A stretch of 64,000 bases of DNA from Escherichia coli (GTDB lineage: Bacteria; Pseudomonadota; Gammaproteobacteria; Enterobacterales; Enterobacteriaceae). The notes beneath the pieces are model-generated. The model saw nothing but the letters and a program-made list of their open reading frames with translations. It made no database searches and was not told the origin of the DNA. The DNA is taken from assembly GCF_003334255.1 (NCBI RefSeq), contig NZ_QOWU01000015.1; one strand, given 5' to 3'. Shown one piece after another: positions 11,812-21,429 of this stretch. A program made the position numbers and the translations under genes. Each line of letters opens with the position of its first letter. The stretch's first letter is position 1.

Positions 11812-11900
11812 CCTTTCCTAAAGCCAGCGCCCGTTTGCGAGACGGCGGAAAGGGCCGCAGTGGATAATACACTAACAGAACAATAATAACTCTCTTTTGC

Positions 11901-11929
11901 TTGACAAAAAGAGAGTTACTGGCGAGTAT
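11901..11929 (+). promoter_or_regulatory. Sigma70-like promoter inside a palindrome (copy 1)
   Basis: Consensus -35 TTGACA at 11901-11906, 17-nt spacer, -10 GAGTAT at 11924-11929. The -35 sits in the loop of the palindrome ctctcttttg/caaaaagagag and overlaps the minus-strand TTGTCA. Confidence 0.45.
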
Positions 11930-11935
11930 TGTCTC

Positions 11936-12032
11936 CGCTGAGACGCGCTTGCATTACTACGGTAATACAACCTGCTGGAAAGGCCGCGAACCGGACCAGC
12001 AACAAAAAACCGCCTGATTTTGGCGGTTTTTT
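11936..12032 (+). ncRNA. Candidate ~100-nt sRNA (TimR-like), copy 1
   Basis: Runs from the predicted TSS to an intrinsic terminator (ccgcc-tgatttt-ggcgg + T6, 12009-12032). Contains ggaaaggccgc, complementary (with one bulge) to the 5' UTR of the minus-strand small-ORF transcript. Confidence 0.4.
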
Positions 12033-12222
12033 GTTTTTTAAAGGAAAGTGAATTTACATGTTTAAGTAATATCTTTTACCGGTTAGAATTTTTAATTTTG
12101 AGCAGGATTTGTTTATATTTGTCTGAATTCAGACTAATAAGCCAGGTTATTTTATTACCGAACACGGCGGAAAGGGCCGGTGTCGATAATACGCTAAATA
12201 AACAATAATTACTCTCTTTTGC

Positions 12223-12251
12223 TTGACAAAAAGAGAGTTACTGGTGAGTAT
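12223..12251 (+). promoter_or_regulatory. Sigma70-like promoter, copy 2
   Basis: Identical TTGACA (12223-12228), 17-nt spacer and GAGTAT (12246-12251), in the same palindrome context as copy 1. Confidence 0.4.
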
Positions 12252-12257
12252 TGTTTT

Positions 12258-12357
12258 GCTGTGAAGCACCTGCGTTGCTCATGTAACACAAGTCAACCTG
12301 CTGGAAAGGCCGCGAACCAGACTAGCAATAAAAAACCGCCAAATTCGGCGGTTTTTT
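12258..12357 (+). ncRNA. Candidate ~100-nt sRNA, copy 2 (sibling of 11936-12032)
   Basis: Same promoter; diverged 5' half; conserved 3' block cctgctggaaaggccgcgaacc; terminator stem ccgcc/ggcgg preserved although the loop differs (aaattc vs tgatttt). Confidence 0.4.
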
Positions 12358-12373
12358 ATTGCCTGTAAAATAC

Positions 12374-13219
12374 TTATTTCACTGGCTCAACCGGTAAATC
12401 TGCCCGCGCGCCCCATTCACTCCATGCGCCGTCGTACAGTTTCACGTTTGGCACATCCAGCGTCGCGAGTGCTAACAAAACCACGGCTGCCGTTACACCA
12501 GAGCCGCAGCTGACGATAATTGGTTTGTCGTAGCTGACGCCGCGACCAAAAAATATCGCATCCAGTTCATCGGTCGTTTTTAGTTCGCCTTCGCGCACCA
12601 GTTCCGTCCACGGAACATTCAGTGCTCCGGGAATATGTCCGCGACGTAAACCTGGGCGAGGTTCATCAACTTCTGCGTTAAAACGTGCAGCCGGGCGGGC
12701 ATCAATAATTTGCGCCGTATTTTCATGGCTTGCCAATAATACATCGGTTACTTTCACCACGGCTTCAGGATTAAACGCGGCGTTAAACTCTCCTTCCGGC
12801 AGCTCTACTGCACCTTCTTCTAACAGCAGATCATCGCGCTGCCAGCCTGCAAGTCCACCCCCCAGAATCGACACTTTCTCTACACCAAAGGTGCGCAGCA
12901 TCCACCATGCTCGTGGGGCTGAGAAAAGATTACCTTCGTCATAGACAATCAGGTGCTTATCCTGGTTAACGCCTAATTCACGCATCGCCACGGCGAACGT
13001 TTCCGGGCGCGGCAGCATGTGCGGAAGCGGGGAAGTGTGATCAGAAAGCGCTTCGATATCAAAAAACACTGCGCCGGGAATATGTCCATTCAGATACTCC
13101 TGAGCAACGTTACGATCCTCCTGTCCAGGCGACGCCATGCGGGCATCGATAATCTGAATTTCCGGGTCATCAATATGTTCGGCGAGCCAGTCGGCTCCTA
13201 CAAACCATGTCGTGGACAT
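12374..13219 (-). CDS. sseA: SseA 3-mercaptopyruvate sulfurtransferase
   Basis: 281 aa from ATG 13217-13219 (MSTTWFVGADW); rhodanese active-site CGSGVTA. The track ORF extends 53 codons upstream of the real start. Confidence 0.93.
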   Translation of the reverse strand: MSTTWFVGADWLAEHIDDPEIQIIDARMASPGQEDRNVAQEYLNGHIPGAVFFDIEALSDHTSPLPHMLPRPETFAVAMRELGVNQDKHLIVYDEGNLFSAPRAWWMLRTFGVEKVSILGGGLAGWQRDDLLLEEGAVELPEGEFNAAFNPEAVVKVTDVLLASHENTAQIIDARPAARFNAEVDEPRPGLRRGHIPGALNVPWTELVREGELKTTDELDAIFFGRGVSYDKPIIVSCGSGVTAAVVLLALATLDVPNVKLYDGAWSEWGARADLPVEPVK

Positions 13220-13425
13220 AGGCATCTCCATTTTTGCCGGGGTTAGGCTAAATTGTCGGATGTTTAGTGAAAAGCGACAAGCAAAAGAGGCTGATTTGGC
13301 TGTCTGAGCCACAATTCTCACTAAAATTCGGATTGTATGGGCGTGATACTGAATTACATAACGTAAATTCTCACGCATAATAATTATTCGACGTTGCTAA
13401 CGGGCCATTGTGGCAGGGATGAAAA

Positions 13426-16400
13426 ATGAAAAAGTTACGCGTAGCCGCCTGCATGCTAATGCTGGCGCTGGCAGGGTGCGACAACAACGATAACGCGCCA
13501 ACAGCGGTGAAAAAAGATGCGCCTTCTGAAGTTACTAAAGCGGCCTCTTCAGAAAACGCGAGTTCAGCAAAACTCTCCGTGCCGGAGAGACAAAAACTGG
13601 CCCAACAGAGTGCCGGTAAGGTGCTGACATTGCTGGATCTCTCTGAAGTCCAACTTGATGGTGCAGCCACGCTGGTGCTGACGTTCTCCATCCCTCTCGA
13701 CCCGGATCAGGATTTCTCACGCGTTATTCATGTCGTCGATAAAAAAAGCGGCAAAGTGGATGGTGCCTGGGAGCTGTCAGATAATCTTAAAGAGTTACGT
13801 TTACGCCACCTCGAACCGAAACGTGATTTGATCGTTACTATTGGCAAGGAGGTCAAAGCACTCAACAACGCAACCTTCAGTAAAGATTACGAAAAAACTA
13901 TAACTACCCGCGACATCCAACCCAGCGTCGGTTTTGCCAGCCGTGGTTCGCTGCTGCCTGGCAAAGTCGTTGAAGGGCTGCCGGTAATGGCGCTCAACGT
14001 TAATAATGTCGATGTTAACTTCTTCCGCGTTAAGCCAGAATCTCTGCCAGCATTCATTAGCCAATGGGAATACCGCAATTCGCTGGCGAACTGGCAGTCA
14101 GACAAACTGCTGCAGATGGCGGATCTGGTCTACACCGGACGGTTTGATCTCAATCCTGCGCGTAACACCCGTGAAAAATTATTGCTGCCGCTGGGCGATA
14201 TCAAACCGCTTCAGCAGGCGGGCGTGTATCTGGCTGTGATGAATCAGGCTGGACGTTACGATTACAGTAATCCCGCGACGCTGTTTACGTTAAGTGATAT
14301 CGGCGTTTCAGCTCACCGTTATCACAATCGTCTGGATATCTTTACCCAAAGTCTGGAAAACGGCGCGGCCCAGCAAGGAATTGAAGTCTCTTTATTAAAT
14401 GAGAAAGGGCAGACTCTGACTCAGGCAACCAGTGACGCTCAGGGGCATGTGCAGCTGGAAAATGATAAAAACGCGGCATTACTGTTGGCGCGTAAAGACG
14501 GTCAGACAACGCTACTCGATTTAAAACTTCCGGCGCTGGACTTAGCAGAATTTAACATTGCTGGCGCGCCAGGCTATAGCAAACAGTTTTTCATGTTTGG
14601 CCCACGCGATCTTTATCGCCCAGGTGAAACGGTAATCCTCAATGGTTTGCTGCGTGATGCAGACGGTAAAGCGTTGCCCAATCAACCCATCAAGTTAGAC
14701 GTGATTAAACCCGATGGGCAGGTACTCAGGAGCGTCGTTAGTCAGCCGGAGAATGGCCTCTACCACTTTACCTGGCCACTCGATAGCAATGCGGCAACCG
14801 GTATGTGGCATATTCGCGCTAACACGGGCGATAATCAGTATCGGATGTGGGATTTCCACGTCGAAGATTTTATGCCAGAGCGCATGGCGCTGAATCTGAC
14901 CGGTGAGAAAACCCCGCTAACGCCGAAAGATGAAGTGAAATTCTCCGTGGTGGGGTACTACCTGTATGGTGCACCTGCTAATGGTAATACTTTGCAAGGG
15001 CAACTTTTCCTGCGCCCACTGCGTGAAGCTGTGTCAGCCTTACCTGGTTTTGAATTCGGCGATATAGCTGCCGAAAATCTTTCCCGCACGCTGGATGAAG
15101 TTCAGTTGACGCTGGATGATAAAGGGCGCGGCGAAGTTTCTACAGAAAGCCAGTGGAAGGAAACGCATTCCCCATTACAGGTTATTTTCCAGGGTAGTTT
15201 GCTGGAATCGGGCGGTCGCCCGGTGACGCGCCGCGCTGAGCAGGCTATCTGGCCTGCCGATGCATTGCCGGGGATCCGTCCGCAGTTCGCCTCGAAATCG
15301 GTTTACGATTATCGTACTGACAGCACGGTGAAACAGCCCATTGTTGATGAAGGCAGTAACGCCGCTTTTGACATCGTTTATAGCGATGCGCAAGGCGTGA
15401 AAAAAGCCGTGTCGGGCTTGCAGGTGCGCCTGATTCGCGAACGCCGCGATTACTACTGGAACTGGTCAGAAGATGAAGGCTGGCAGTCACAGTTTGATCA
15501 AAAAGATCTGATCGAAAATGAACAAACTCTGGATCTGAAAGCGGACGAAACCGGCAAGGTCAGTTTTCCGGTAGAGTGGGGCGCTTATCGTCTGGAAGTC
15601 AAAGCGCCGAATGAAGCGGTCAGTAGTGTTCGTTTCTGGGCTGGCTATAGCTGGCAGGACAACAGCGACGGTAGCGGCGCAGTGCGACCCGACCGTGTCA
15701 CGCTGAAACTGGATAAAGCCAGTTATCGCCCTGGCGACACCATTAAGTTGCATATCGCCGCGCCAACGGCGGGTAAAGGTTATGCGATGGTCGAGTCCAG
15801 TGAAGGGCCGCTGTGGTGGCAAGAGATTGATGTTCGGGCTCAAGGGCTGGATCTGACGATTCCGGTCGATAAAACCTGGAATCGTCATGATCTGTATTTA
15901 AGTACGCTGGTGGTACGTCCTGGCGATAAATCTCGCTCCGCGACGCCAAAACGCGCGGTTGGTGTGTTGCATCTGCCGCTTGGCGATGAAAACCGTCGCC
16001 TCGATCTGGCGCTGGAAACACCAGCAAAAATGCGTCCCAATCAACCATTAACCGTGAAAATTAAAGCCAGCACTAAAAATGGCGAGAAGCCTAAACAGGT
16101 GAATGTGCTGGTGTCTGCCGTTGATAGTGGTGTGCTGAATATTACTGACTACGTCACGCCAGATCCGTGGCAGGCGTTCTTTGGTCAGAAACGCTATGGC
16201 GCAGACATTTACGATATTTACGGTCAGGTTATTGAAGGTCAGGGGCGTCTGGCAGCTCTGCGTTTCGGTGGCGATGGTGATGAGCTGAAACGTGGTGGTA
16301 AACCGCCGGTCAATCACGTCAATATTGTCGTGCAGCAGGCGCTGCCGGTAACGCTCAACGAACAGGGCGAAGGCTCGGTTACACTGCCGATTGGCGATTT

Positions 16401-18387
16401 TAACGGTGAATTGCGCGTCATGGCGCAAGCCTGGACGGCAGATGACTTCGGTAGCAACGAAAGTAAAGTGATAGTTGCCGCACCGGTGATTGCTGAACTG
16501 AACATGCCGCGCTTTATGGCGAGTGGCGATACCTCGCGTCTGACGCTGGATATCACTAATCTTACCGATAAACCGCAAAAACTGAACGTTGCCCTGACCG
16601 CCAGTGGTTTGCTTGAACTGGTCAGCGATTCACCCGCAGCCGTTGAATTAGCGCCAGGTGTGCGTACTACGCTGTTTATCCCGGTGCGAGCATTGCCGGG
16701 TTATGGCGATGGAGAAATTCAGGCCACCATTAGCGGGTTAGCGTTACCGGGTGAAACCGTTGCCGATCAGCATAAGCAGTGGAAAATCGGCGTCCGTCCG
16801 GCGTTCCCGGCACAAACGGTTAATTACGGTACGGCGTTACAGCCTGGTGAGACATGGGCGATTCCGGCGGATGGATTGCAAAACTTCTCGCCTGTTACGC
16901 TGGAAGGGCAATTGTTGTTGAGCGGCAAACCACCGCTGAACATCGCACGTTATATCAAAGAGTTAAAAGCGTATCCGTACGGCTGTCTTGAGCAAACCGC
17001 CAGCGGCCTGTTTCCGTCACTTTATACCAACGCAGCCCAACTGCAGGCGTTGGGCATCAAAGGCGACAGTGATGAGAAACGCCGTGCATCGGTCGATATC
17101 GGCATTTCCCGTTTGCTGCAAATGCAACGTGATAACGGCGGCTTTGCGCTGTGGGATAAAAACGGTGACGAAGAGTACTGGCTGACGGCTTACGTGATGG
17201 ATTTCCTGGTCCGCGCAGGCGAACAGGGTTACAGCGTGCCGACAGACGCCATTAACCGGGGTAATGAGCGTCTGCTGCGCTATTTACAAGATCCGGGCAT
17301 GATGTCGATCCCGTACGCGGATAATCTCAAAGCCAGTAAATTCGCCGTACAGTCTTACGCTGCGCTGGTGTTGGCCCGTCAGCAAAAGGCTCCGCTGGGT
17401 GCGCTGCGTGAAATCTGGGAGCATCGTGCAGATGCCGCTTCTGGTTTACCGCTGCTGCAACTTGGCGTTGCGCTGAAAACCATGGGTGATGCGACGCGTG
17501 GTGAAGAAGCGATTGCGCTGGCGCTGAAAACGCCGCGTAATAGTGATGAGCGGATATGGCTGGGTGATTACGGTAGTTCACTGCGCGACAACGCGTTAAT
17601 GCTCTCCTTGCTGGAAGAAAATAAACTGCTACCCGATGAGCAGTACACTTTGCTGAACACACTTTCGCAGCAGGCGTTTGGTGAACGCTGGCTATCGACG
17701 CAGGAAAGTAACGCGTTGTTCCTGGCTGCCCGTACGATTCAGGATTTACCCGGTAAATGGCAGGCGCAAACCTCTTTCTCAGCTGAGCAGCTGACAGGCG
17801 AGAAAGCGCAAAACAGCAATCTGAATAGCGATCAACTTGTCACCTTGCAGGTGAGCAACAGTGGCGATCAGCCGTTATGGTTGTGTATGGATGCCAGCGG
17901 TTATCCGCAATCCGCACCTTTACCGGCGAACAATGTGCTGCAAATCGAGCGTCATATTCTTGGTACTGATGGTAAGAGCAAATCGCTGGACTCGTTACGT
18001 AGCGGCGATCTGGTGCTGGTGTGGTTGCAGGTAAAAGCCAGTAACAGCGTGCCGGATGCGTTAGTCGTGGATCTGCTGCCTGCGGGTCTGGAACTGGAAA
18101 ACCAGAATCTGGCGAACGGTAGCGCCAGCCTGGAGCAAAGTGGTGGCGAAGTGCAGAACTTACTGAACCAGATGCAGCAGGCGAGCATTAAGCACATTGA
18201 GTTCCGTGACGATCGCTTTGTGGCGGCGGTTGCCGTTGATGAATACCAACCGGTAACGCTGGTGTATCTGGCGCGGGCGGTGACGCCGGGAACGTATCAG
18301 GTACCGCAACCGATGGTGGAATCAATGTATGTTCCCCAATGGCGGGCGACCGGCGCGGCTGAAGATCTGCTGATTGTCAGACCGTAA
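13426..18387 (+). CDS. yfhM: YfhM, alpha-2-macroglobulin-like lipoprotein (ECAM)
   Basis: 1653-aa ORF; lipoprotein signal with lipobox LAGC; thioester motif CLEQ (YPYGCLEQTASG). Confidence 0.95.
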   Translation: MKKLRVAACMLMLALAGCDNNDNAPTAVKKDAPSEVTKAASSENASSAKLSVPERQKLAQQSAGKVLTLLDLSEVQLDGAATLVLTFSIPLDPDQDFSRVIHVVDKKSGKVDGAWELSDNLKELRLRHLEPKRDLIVTIGKEVKALNNATFSKDYEKTITTRDIQPSVGFASRGSLLPGKVVEGLPVMALNVNNVDVNFFRVKPESLPAFISQWEYRNSLANWQSDKLLQMADLVYTGRFDLNPARNTREKLLLPLGDIKPLQQAGVYLAVMNQAGRYDYSNPATLFTLSDIGVSAHRYHNRLDIFTQSLENGAAQQGIEVSLLNEKGQTLTQATSDAQGHVQLENDKNAALLLARKDGQTTLLDLKLPALDLAEFNIAGAPGYSKQFFMFGPRDLYRPGETVILNGLLRDADGKALPNQPIKLDVIKPDGQVLRSVVSQPENGLYHFTWPLDSNAATGMWHIRANTGDNQYRMWDFHVEDFMPERMALNLTGEKTPLTPKDEVKFSVVGYYLYGAPANGNTLQGQLFLRPLREAVSALPGFEFGDIAAENLSRTLDEVQLTLDDKGRGEVSTESQWKETHSPLQVIFQGSLLESGGRPVTRRAEQAIWPADALPGIRPQFASKSVYDYRTDSTVKQPIVDEGSNAAFDIVYSDAQGVKKAVSGLQVRLIRERRDYYWNWSEDEGWQSQFDQKDLIENEQTLDLKADETGKVSFPVEWGAYRLEVKAPNEAVSSVRFWAGYSWQDNSDGSGAVRPDRVTLKLDKASYRPGDTIKLHIAAPTAGKGYAMVESSEGPLWWQEIDVRAQGLDLTIPVDKTWNRHDLYLSTLVVRPGDKSRSATPKRAVGVLHLPLGDENRRLDLALETPAKMRPNQPLTVKIKASTKNGEKPKQVNVLVSAVDSGVLNITDYVTPDPWQAFFGQKRYGADIYDIYGQVIEGQGRLAALRFGGDGDELKRGGKPPVNHVNIVVQQALPVTLNEQGEGSVTLPIGDFNGELRVMAQAWTADDFGSNESKVIVAAPVIAELNMPRFMASGDTSRLTLDITNLTDKPQKLNVALTASGLLELVSDSPAAVELAPGVRTTLFIPVRALPGYGDGEIQATISGLALPGETVADQHKQWKIGVRPAFPAQTVNYGTALQPGETWAIPADGLQNFSPVTLEGQLLLSGKPPLNIARYIKELKAYPYGCLEQTASGLFPSLYTNAAQLQALGIKGDSDEKRRASVDIGISRLLQMQRDNGGFALWDKNGDEEYWLTAYVMDFLVRAGEQGYSVPTDAINRGNERLLRYLQDPGMMSIPYADNLKASKFAVQSYAALVLARQQKAPLGALREIWEHRADAASGLPLLQLGVALKTMGDATRGEEAIALALKTPRNSDERIWLGDYGSSLRDNALMLSLLEENKLLPDEQYTLLNTLSQQAFGERWLSTQESNALFLAARTIQDLPGKWQAQTSFSAEQLTGEKAQNSNLNSDQLVTLQVSNSGDQPLWLCMDASGYPQSAPLPANNVLQIERHILGTDGKSKSLDSLRSGDLVLVWLQVKASNSVPDALVVDLLPAGLELENQNLANGSASLEQSGGEVQNLLNQMQQASIKHIEFRDDRFVAAVAVDEYQPVTLVYLARAVTPGTYQVPQPMVESMYVPQWRATGAAEDLLIVRP

Positions 18388-20700
18388 ATGCCTCGCTTGT
18401 TAACCAAACGCGGCTGCTGGATAACGTTGGCAGCCGCGCCCTTTCTCCTTTTTCTTGCAGCGTGGGGAGCAGATAAACTCTGGCCTCTACCGCTGCATGA
18501 AGTCAATCCCGCACGAGTGGTCGTGGCGCAGGATGGTACGCCGCTCTGGCGCTTCGCCGATGCTGACGGCATCTGGCGTTATCCGGTAACAATCGAAGAT
18601 GTTTCTCCACGTTACCTTGAAGCGCTGATCAATTATGAAGATCGCTGGTTCTGGAAGCATCCGGGGGTGAATCCATTCTCGGTGGCGCGCGCAGCATGGC
18701 AAGATCTCACTTCGGGACGGGTTATTTCCGGTGGCAGCACGCTCACTATGCAGGTTGCTCGTCTGCTTGATCCTCACCCCAAAACATTTGGCGGCAAAAT
18801 TCGCCAGCTCTGGCGCGCGTTGCAACTGGAATGGCATCTGTCTAAGCGTGAAATTCTGACCTTGTATCTTAACCGCGCTCCGTTTGGCGGTACGTTGCAG
18901 GGGATCGGTGCGGCAAGTTGGGCTTATCTCGGAAAATCGCCTGCGAATTTAAGCTATTCCGAGGCGGCAATGCTGGCGGTTTTGCCGCAAGCGCCCAGCC
19001 GTCTTCGCCCGGATCGTTGGCCGGAGCGTGCCGAAGCCGCGCGTAATAAAGTGCTCGAACGGATGGCCGTGCAAGGTGTGTGGTCCCGTGAGCAGGTAAA
19101 AGAGTCAAGGGAAGAACCCATCTGGCTGGCCCCCCGACAAATGCCGCAACTGGCACCGCTGTTTTCGCGCATGATGCTCGGTAAAAGCAAAAGCGACAAA
19201 ATCACTACTACGTTGGATGCCGGTCTTCAACGACGTCTGGAAGAACTGGCGCAAAACTGGAAAGGGCGGTTGCCACCGCGCAGCTCACTGGCGATGATCG
19301 TGGTTGATCATACCGATATGCGTGTTCGCGGCTGGGTGGGATCGGTTGATCTCAACGATGATTCACGCTTTGGTCATGTTGATATGGTCAATTCGATCCG
19401 ATCGCCAGGATCAGTGCTCAAACCGTTTGTTTATGGTCTGGCGCTGGATGAAGGCTTGATCCACCCGGCATCACTGCTGCAAGACGTCCCCCGGCGCACC
19501 GGTGATTATCGACCAGGTAACTTTGATAGCGGTTTTCATGGCCCGATCAGCATGAGCGAGGCGCTGGTGCGCTCGCTGAACTTACCTGCTGTGCAGGTGC
19601 TGGAAGCCTATGGACCGAAACGGTTTGCGGCAAAGTTACGCAATGTTGGATTGCCGTTATATTTGCCCAACGGTGCTGCGCCGAATCTTTCACTCATTCT
19701 CGGCGGCGCTGGTGCAAAACTGGAAGATATGGCGGCAGCGTATACCGCGTTTGCTCGCCACGGCAAGGCAGGCAAATTGCGCTTACAGCCTGACGATCCG
19801 CTGCTTGAACGGCCTTTAATGTCGTCGGGGGCGGCGTGGATCATTCGCCGGATTATGGCTGATGAAGCGCAACCCTTGCCGGATAGTGCCTTGCCGCGCG
19901 TCGCCCCACTGGCATGGAAAACGGGCACCAGCTATGGCTATCGTGACGCCTGGGCGATTGGGGTTAACGCTCGCTATGTCATTGGGATCTGGACTGGCAG
20001 ACCGGACGGCACGCCCGTTGTTGGTCAGTTTGGCTTTGCCAGTGCCGTACCATTGTTGAATCAGGTCAATAATATCTTACTGTCGCGCAGTGCGAATCTG
20101 CCGGAAGACCCGCGCCCGAACTCAGTCACTCGTGGCGTTATCTGCTGGCCGGGCGGACAGTCTTTGCCGGAAGGTGACGGTAACTGTCGCCGCCGCCTGG
20201 CAACCTGGCTGCTGGACGGGAGTCAGCCGCCAACTCTATTACTGCCGGAGCAGGAAGGCATTAATGGCATTCGTTTCCCCATCTGGCTGGATGAAAATGG
20301 CAAACGTGTTGCCGCTGATTGCCCGCAAGCGCGACAAGAAATGATAAATGTCTGGCCGCTACCGCTGGAACCCTGGCTGCCCGCATCAGAACGTCGCGCT
20401 GTGCGCTTACCACCGGCCTCGACAAGTTGCCCGCCATACGGTCACGATGCCCAGCTCCCGCTGCAGCTGACAGGCGTTCGCGATGGCGCGATTATTAAAC
20501 GTTTACCGGGCGCAGCGGAAGCGACTTTGCCGTTGCAATCAAGTGGAGGGGCAGGTGAACGCTGGTGGTTTCTGAATGGCGAACCGTTAACTGAACGCGG
20601 GCGCAACGTGACCCTGCATTTGACGGATAAAGGTGATTATCAATTGCTGGTGATGGATGACGTGGGGCAAATCGCGACAGTGAAATTTGTCATGCAATAG
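18388..20700 (+). CDS. pbpC: PbpC penicillin-binding protein 1C
   Basis: 770-aa ORF with glycosyltransferase and transpeptidase (SVLK) motifs; ATG immediately follows the yfhM stop. Confidence 0.95.
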   Translation: MPRLLTKRGCWITLAAAPFLLFLAAWGADKLWPLPLHEVNPARVVVAQDGTPLWRFADADGIWRYPVTIEDVSPRYLEALINYEDRWFWKHPGVNPFSVARAAWQDLTSGRVISGGSTLTMQVARLLDPHPKTFGGKIRQLWRALQLEWHLSKREILTLYLNRAPFGGTLQGIGAASWAYLGKSPANLSYSEAAMLAVLPQAPSRLRPDRWPERAEAARNKVLERMAVQGVWSREQVKESREEPIWLAPRQMPQLAPLFSRMMLGKSKSDKITTTLDAGLQRRLEELAQNWKGRLPPRSSLAMIVVDHTDMRVRGWVGSVDLNDDSRFGHVDMVNSIRSPGSVLKPFVYGLALDEGLIHPASLLQDVPRRTGDYRPGNFDSGFHGPISMSEALVRSLNLPAVQVLEAYGPKRFAAKLRNVGLPLYLPNGAAPNLSLILGGAGAKLEDMAAAYTAFARHGKAGKLRLQPDDPLLERPLMSSGAAWIIRRIMADEAQPLPDSALPRVAPLAWKTGTSYGYRDAWAIGVNARYVIGIWTGRPDGTPVVGQFGFASAVPLLNQVNNILLSRSANLPEDPRPNSVTRGVICWPGGQSLPEGDGNCRRRLATWLLDGSQPPTLLLPEQEGINGIRFPIWLDENGKRVAADCPQARQEMINVWPLPLEPWLPASERRAVRLPPASTSCPPYGHDAQLPLQLTGVRDGAIIKRLPGAAEATLPLQSSGGAGERWWFLNGEPLTERGRNVTLHLTDKGDYQLLVMDDVGQIATVKFVMQ

Positions 20701-20848
20701 TCTGTTTTGTCCCTGATTGTTGCTAAAACTCATTTTATTTTAAAAAAATGTTACCTTCATCAATAGTCAACGGCCCTGTTGCTCATTATAATCCGCGCCA
20801 TCTCGTACGCTGGTACAGACAACAACAGAACAATTTACAGAGGTAAAA

Positions 20849-21280
20849 ATGGCTATTGAACGTACTTTTTCCATCATCAAACCGAACGCGGTAGCAAAAA
20901 ACGTCATTGGTAATATCTTTGCGCGCTTTGAAGCTGCAGGGTTCAAAATTGTTGGCACCAAAATGCTGCACCTGACCGTTGAACAGGCACGTGGCTTTTA
21001 TGCTGAACACGATGGAAAACCGTTCTTTGATGGTCTGGTTGAATTCATGACCTCTGGCCCGATCGTGGTTTCCGTGCTGGAAGGTGAAAACGCCGTTCAG
21101 CGTCACCGCGATCTGCTGGGCGCGACCAATCCGGCAAACGCACTGGCTGGTACTCTGCGCGCTGATTACGCTGACAGCCTGACCGAAAACGGTACCCACG
21201 GTTCTGATTCCGTCGAATCTGCCGCTCGCGAAATCGCTTATTTCTTTGGCGAAGGCGAAGTGTGCCCGCGCACCCGTTAA
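20849..21280 (+). CDS. ndk: Nucleoside diphosphate kinase
   Basis: 143-aa ORF with active-site NGTHGSDS. Confidence 0.97.
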
Positions 21281-21345
21281 TAATTTCGTAAATGCCGCGT
21301 GCAAACGTGGCATCCGTGCGCCAGAATTTGTACAATGCAGCGCCC

Positions 21346-21388
21346 CCGGACGAGCAGCCGCTCACCGGGGCGTTTCTTTTTTCAACCC
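21346..21388 (+). terminator. Putative intrinsic terminator after ndk
   Basis: ccccgg...ccgggg stem followed by gtttcttttttc. Confidence 0.5.
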
Positions 21389-21429
21389 TCCAGGGGCCAT
21401 AACGTGTAATAACGAGGCCGGAATAGCAT

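Larger units (their letters stand above)
11560..11873 (-). ncRNA. ryfA: RyfA-like transcript (about 300 nt, likely a small-protein mRNA)
   Basis: K-12 annotates ryfA in the sseB-sseA spacer. Minus-strand promoter-like elements: -35 TTGTCA (complement of 11902-11907), 16-nt spacer, -10 TATTGT (complement of 11880-11885). Predicted length to the hairpin at 11560-11580 is about 305 nt. Boundaries are inferred, not measured. Confidence 0.45.

Noticed and set aside
11606-11821. 71-aa plus-strand ORF in the sseB-sseA spacer
   Set aside because: No SD; low-complexity, non-protein-like composition; it lies antisense to the better-supported minus-strand SD-ATG small ORF and RyfA-like transcript.
12040-12070. 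SD-like aggaaag followed by ATG-TTT-AAG-TAA on the plus strand
   Set aside because: Only 3 codons, in an AT-rich spacer just downstream of a terminator; too short to call.
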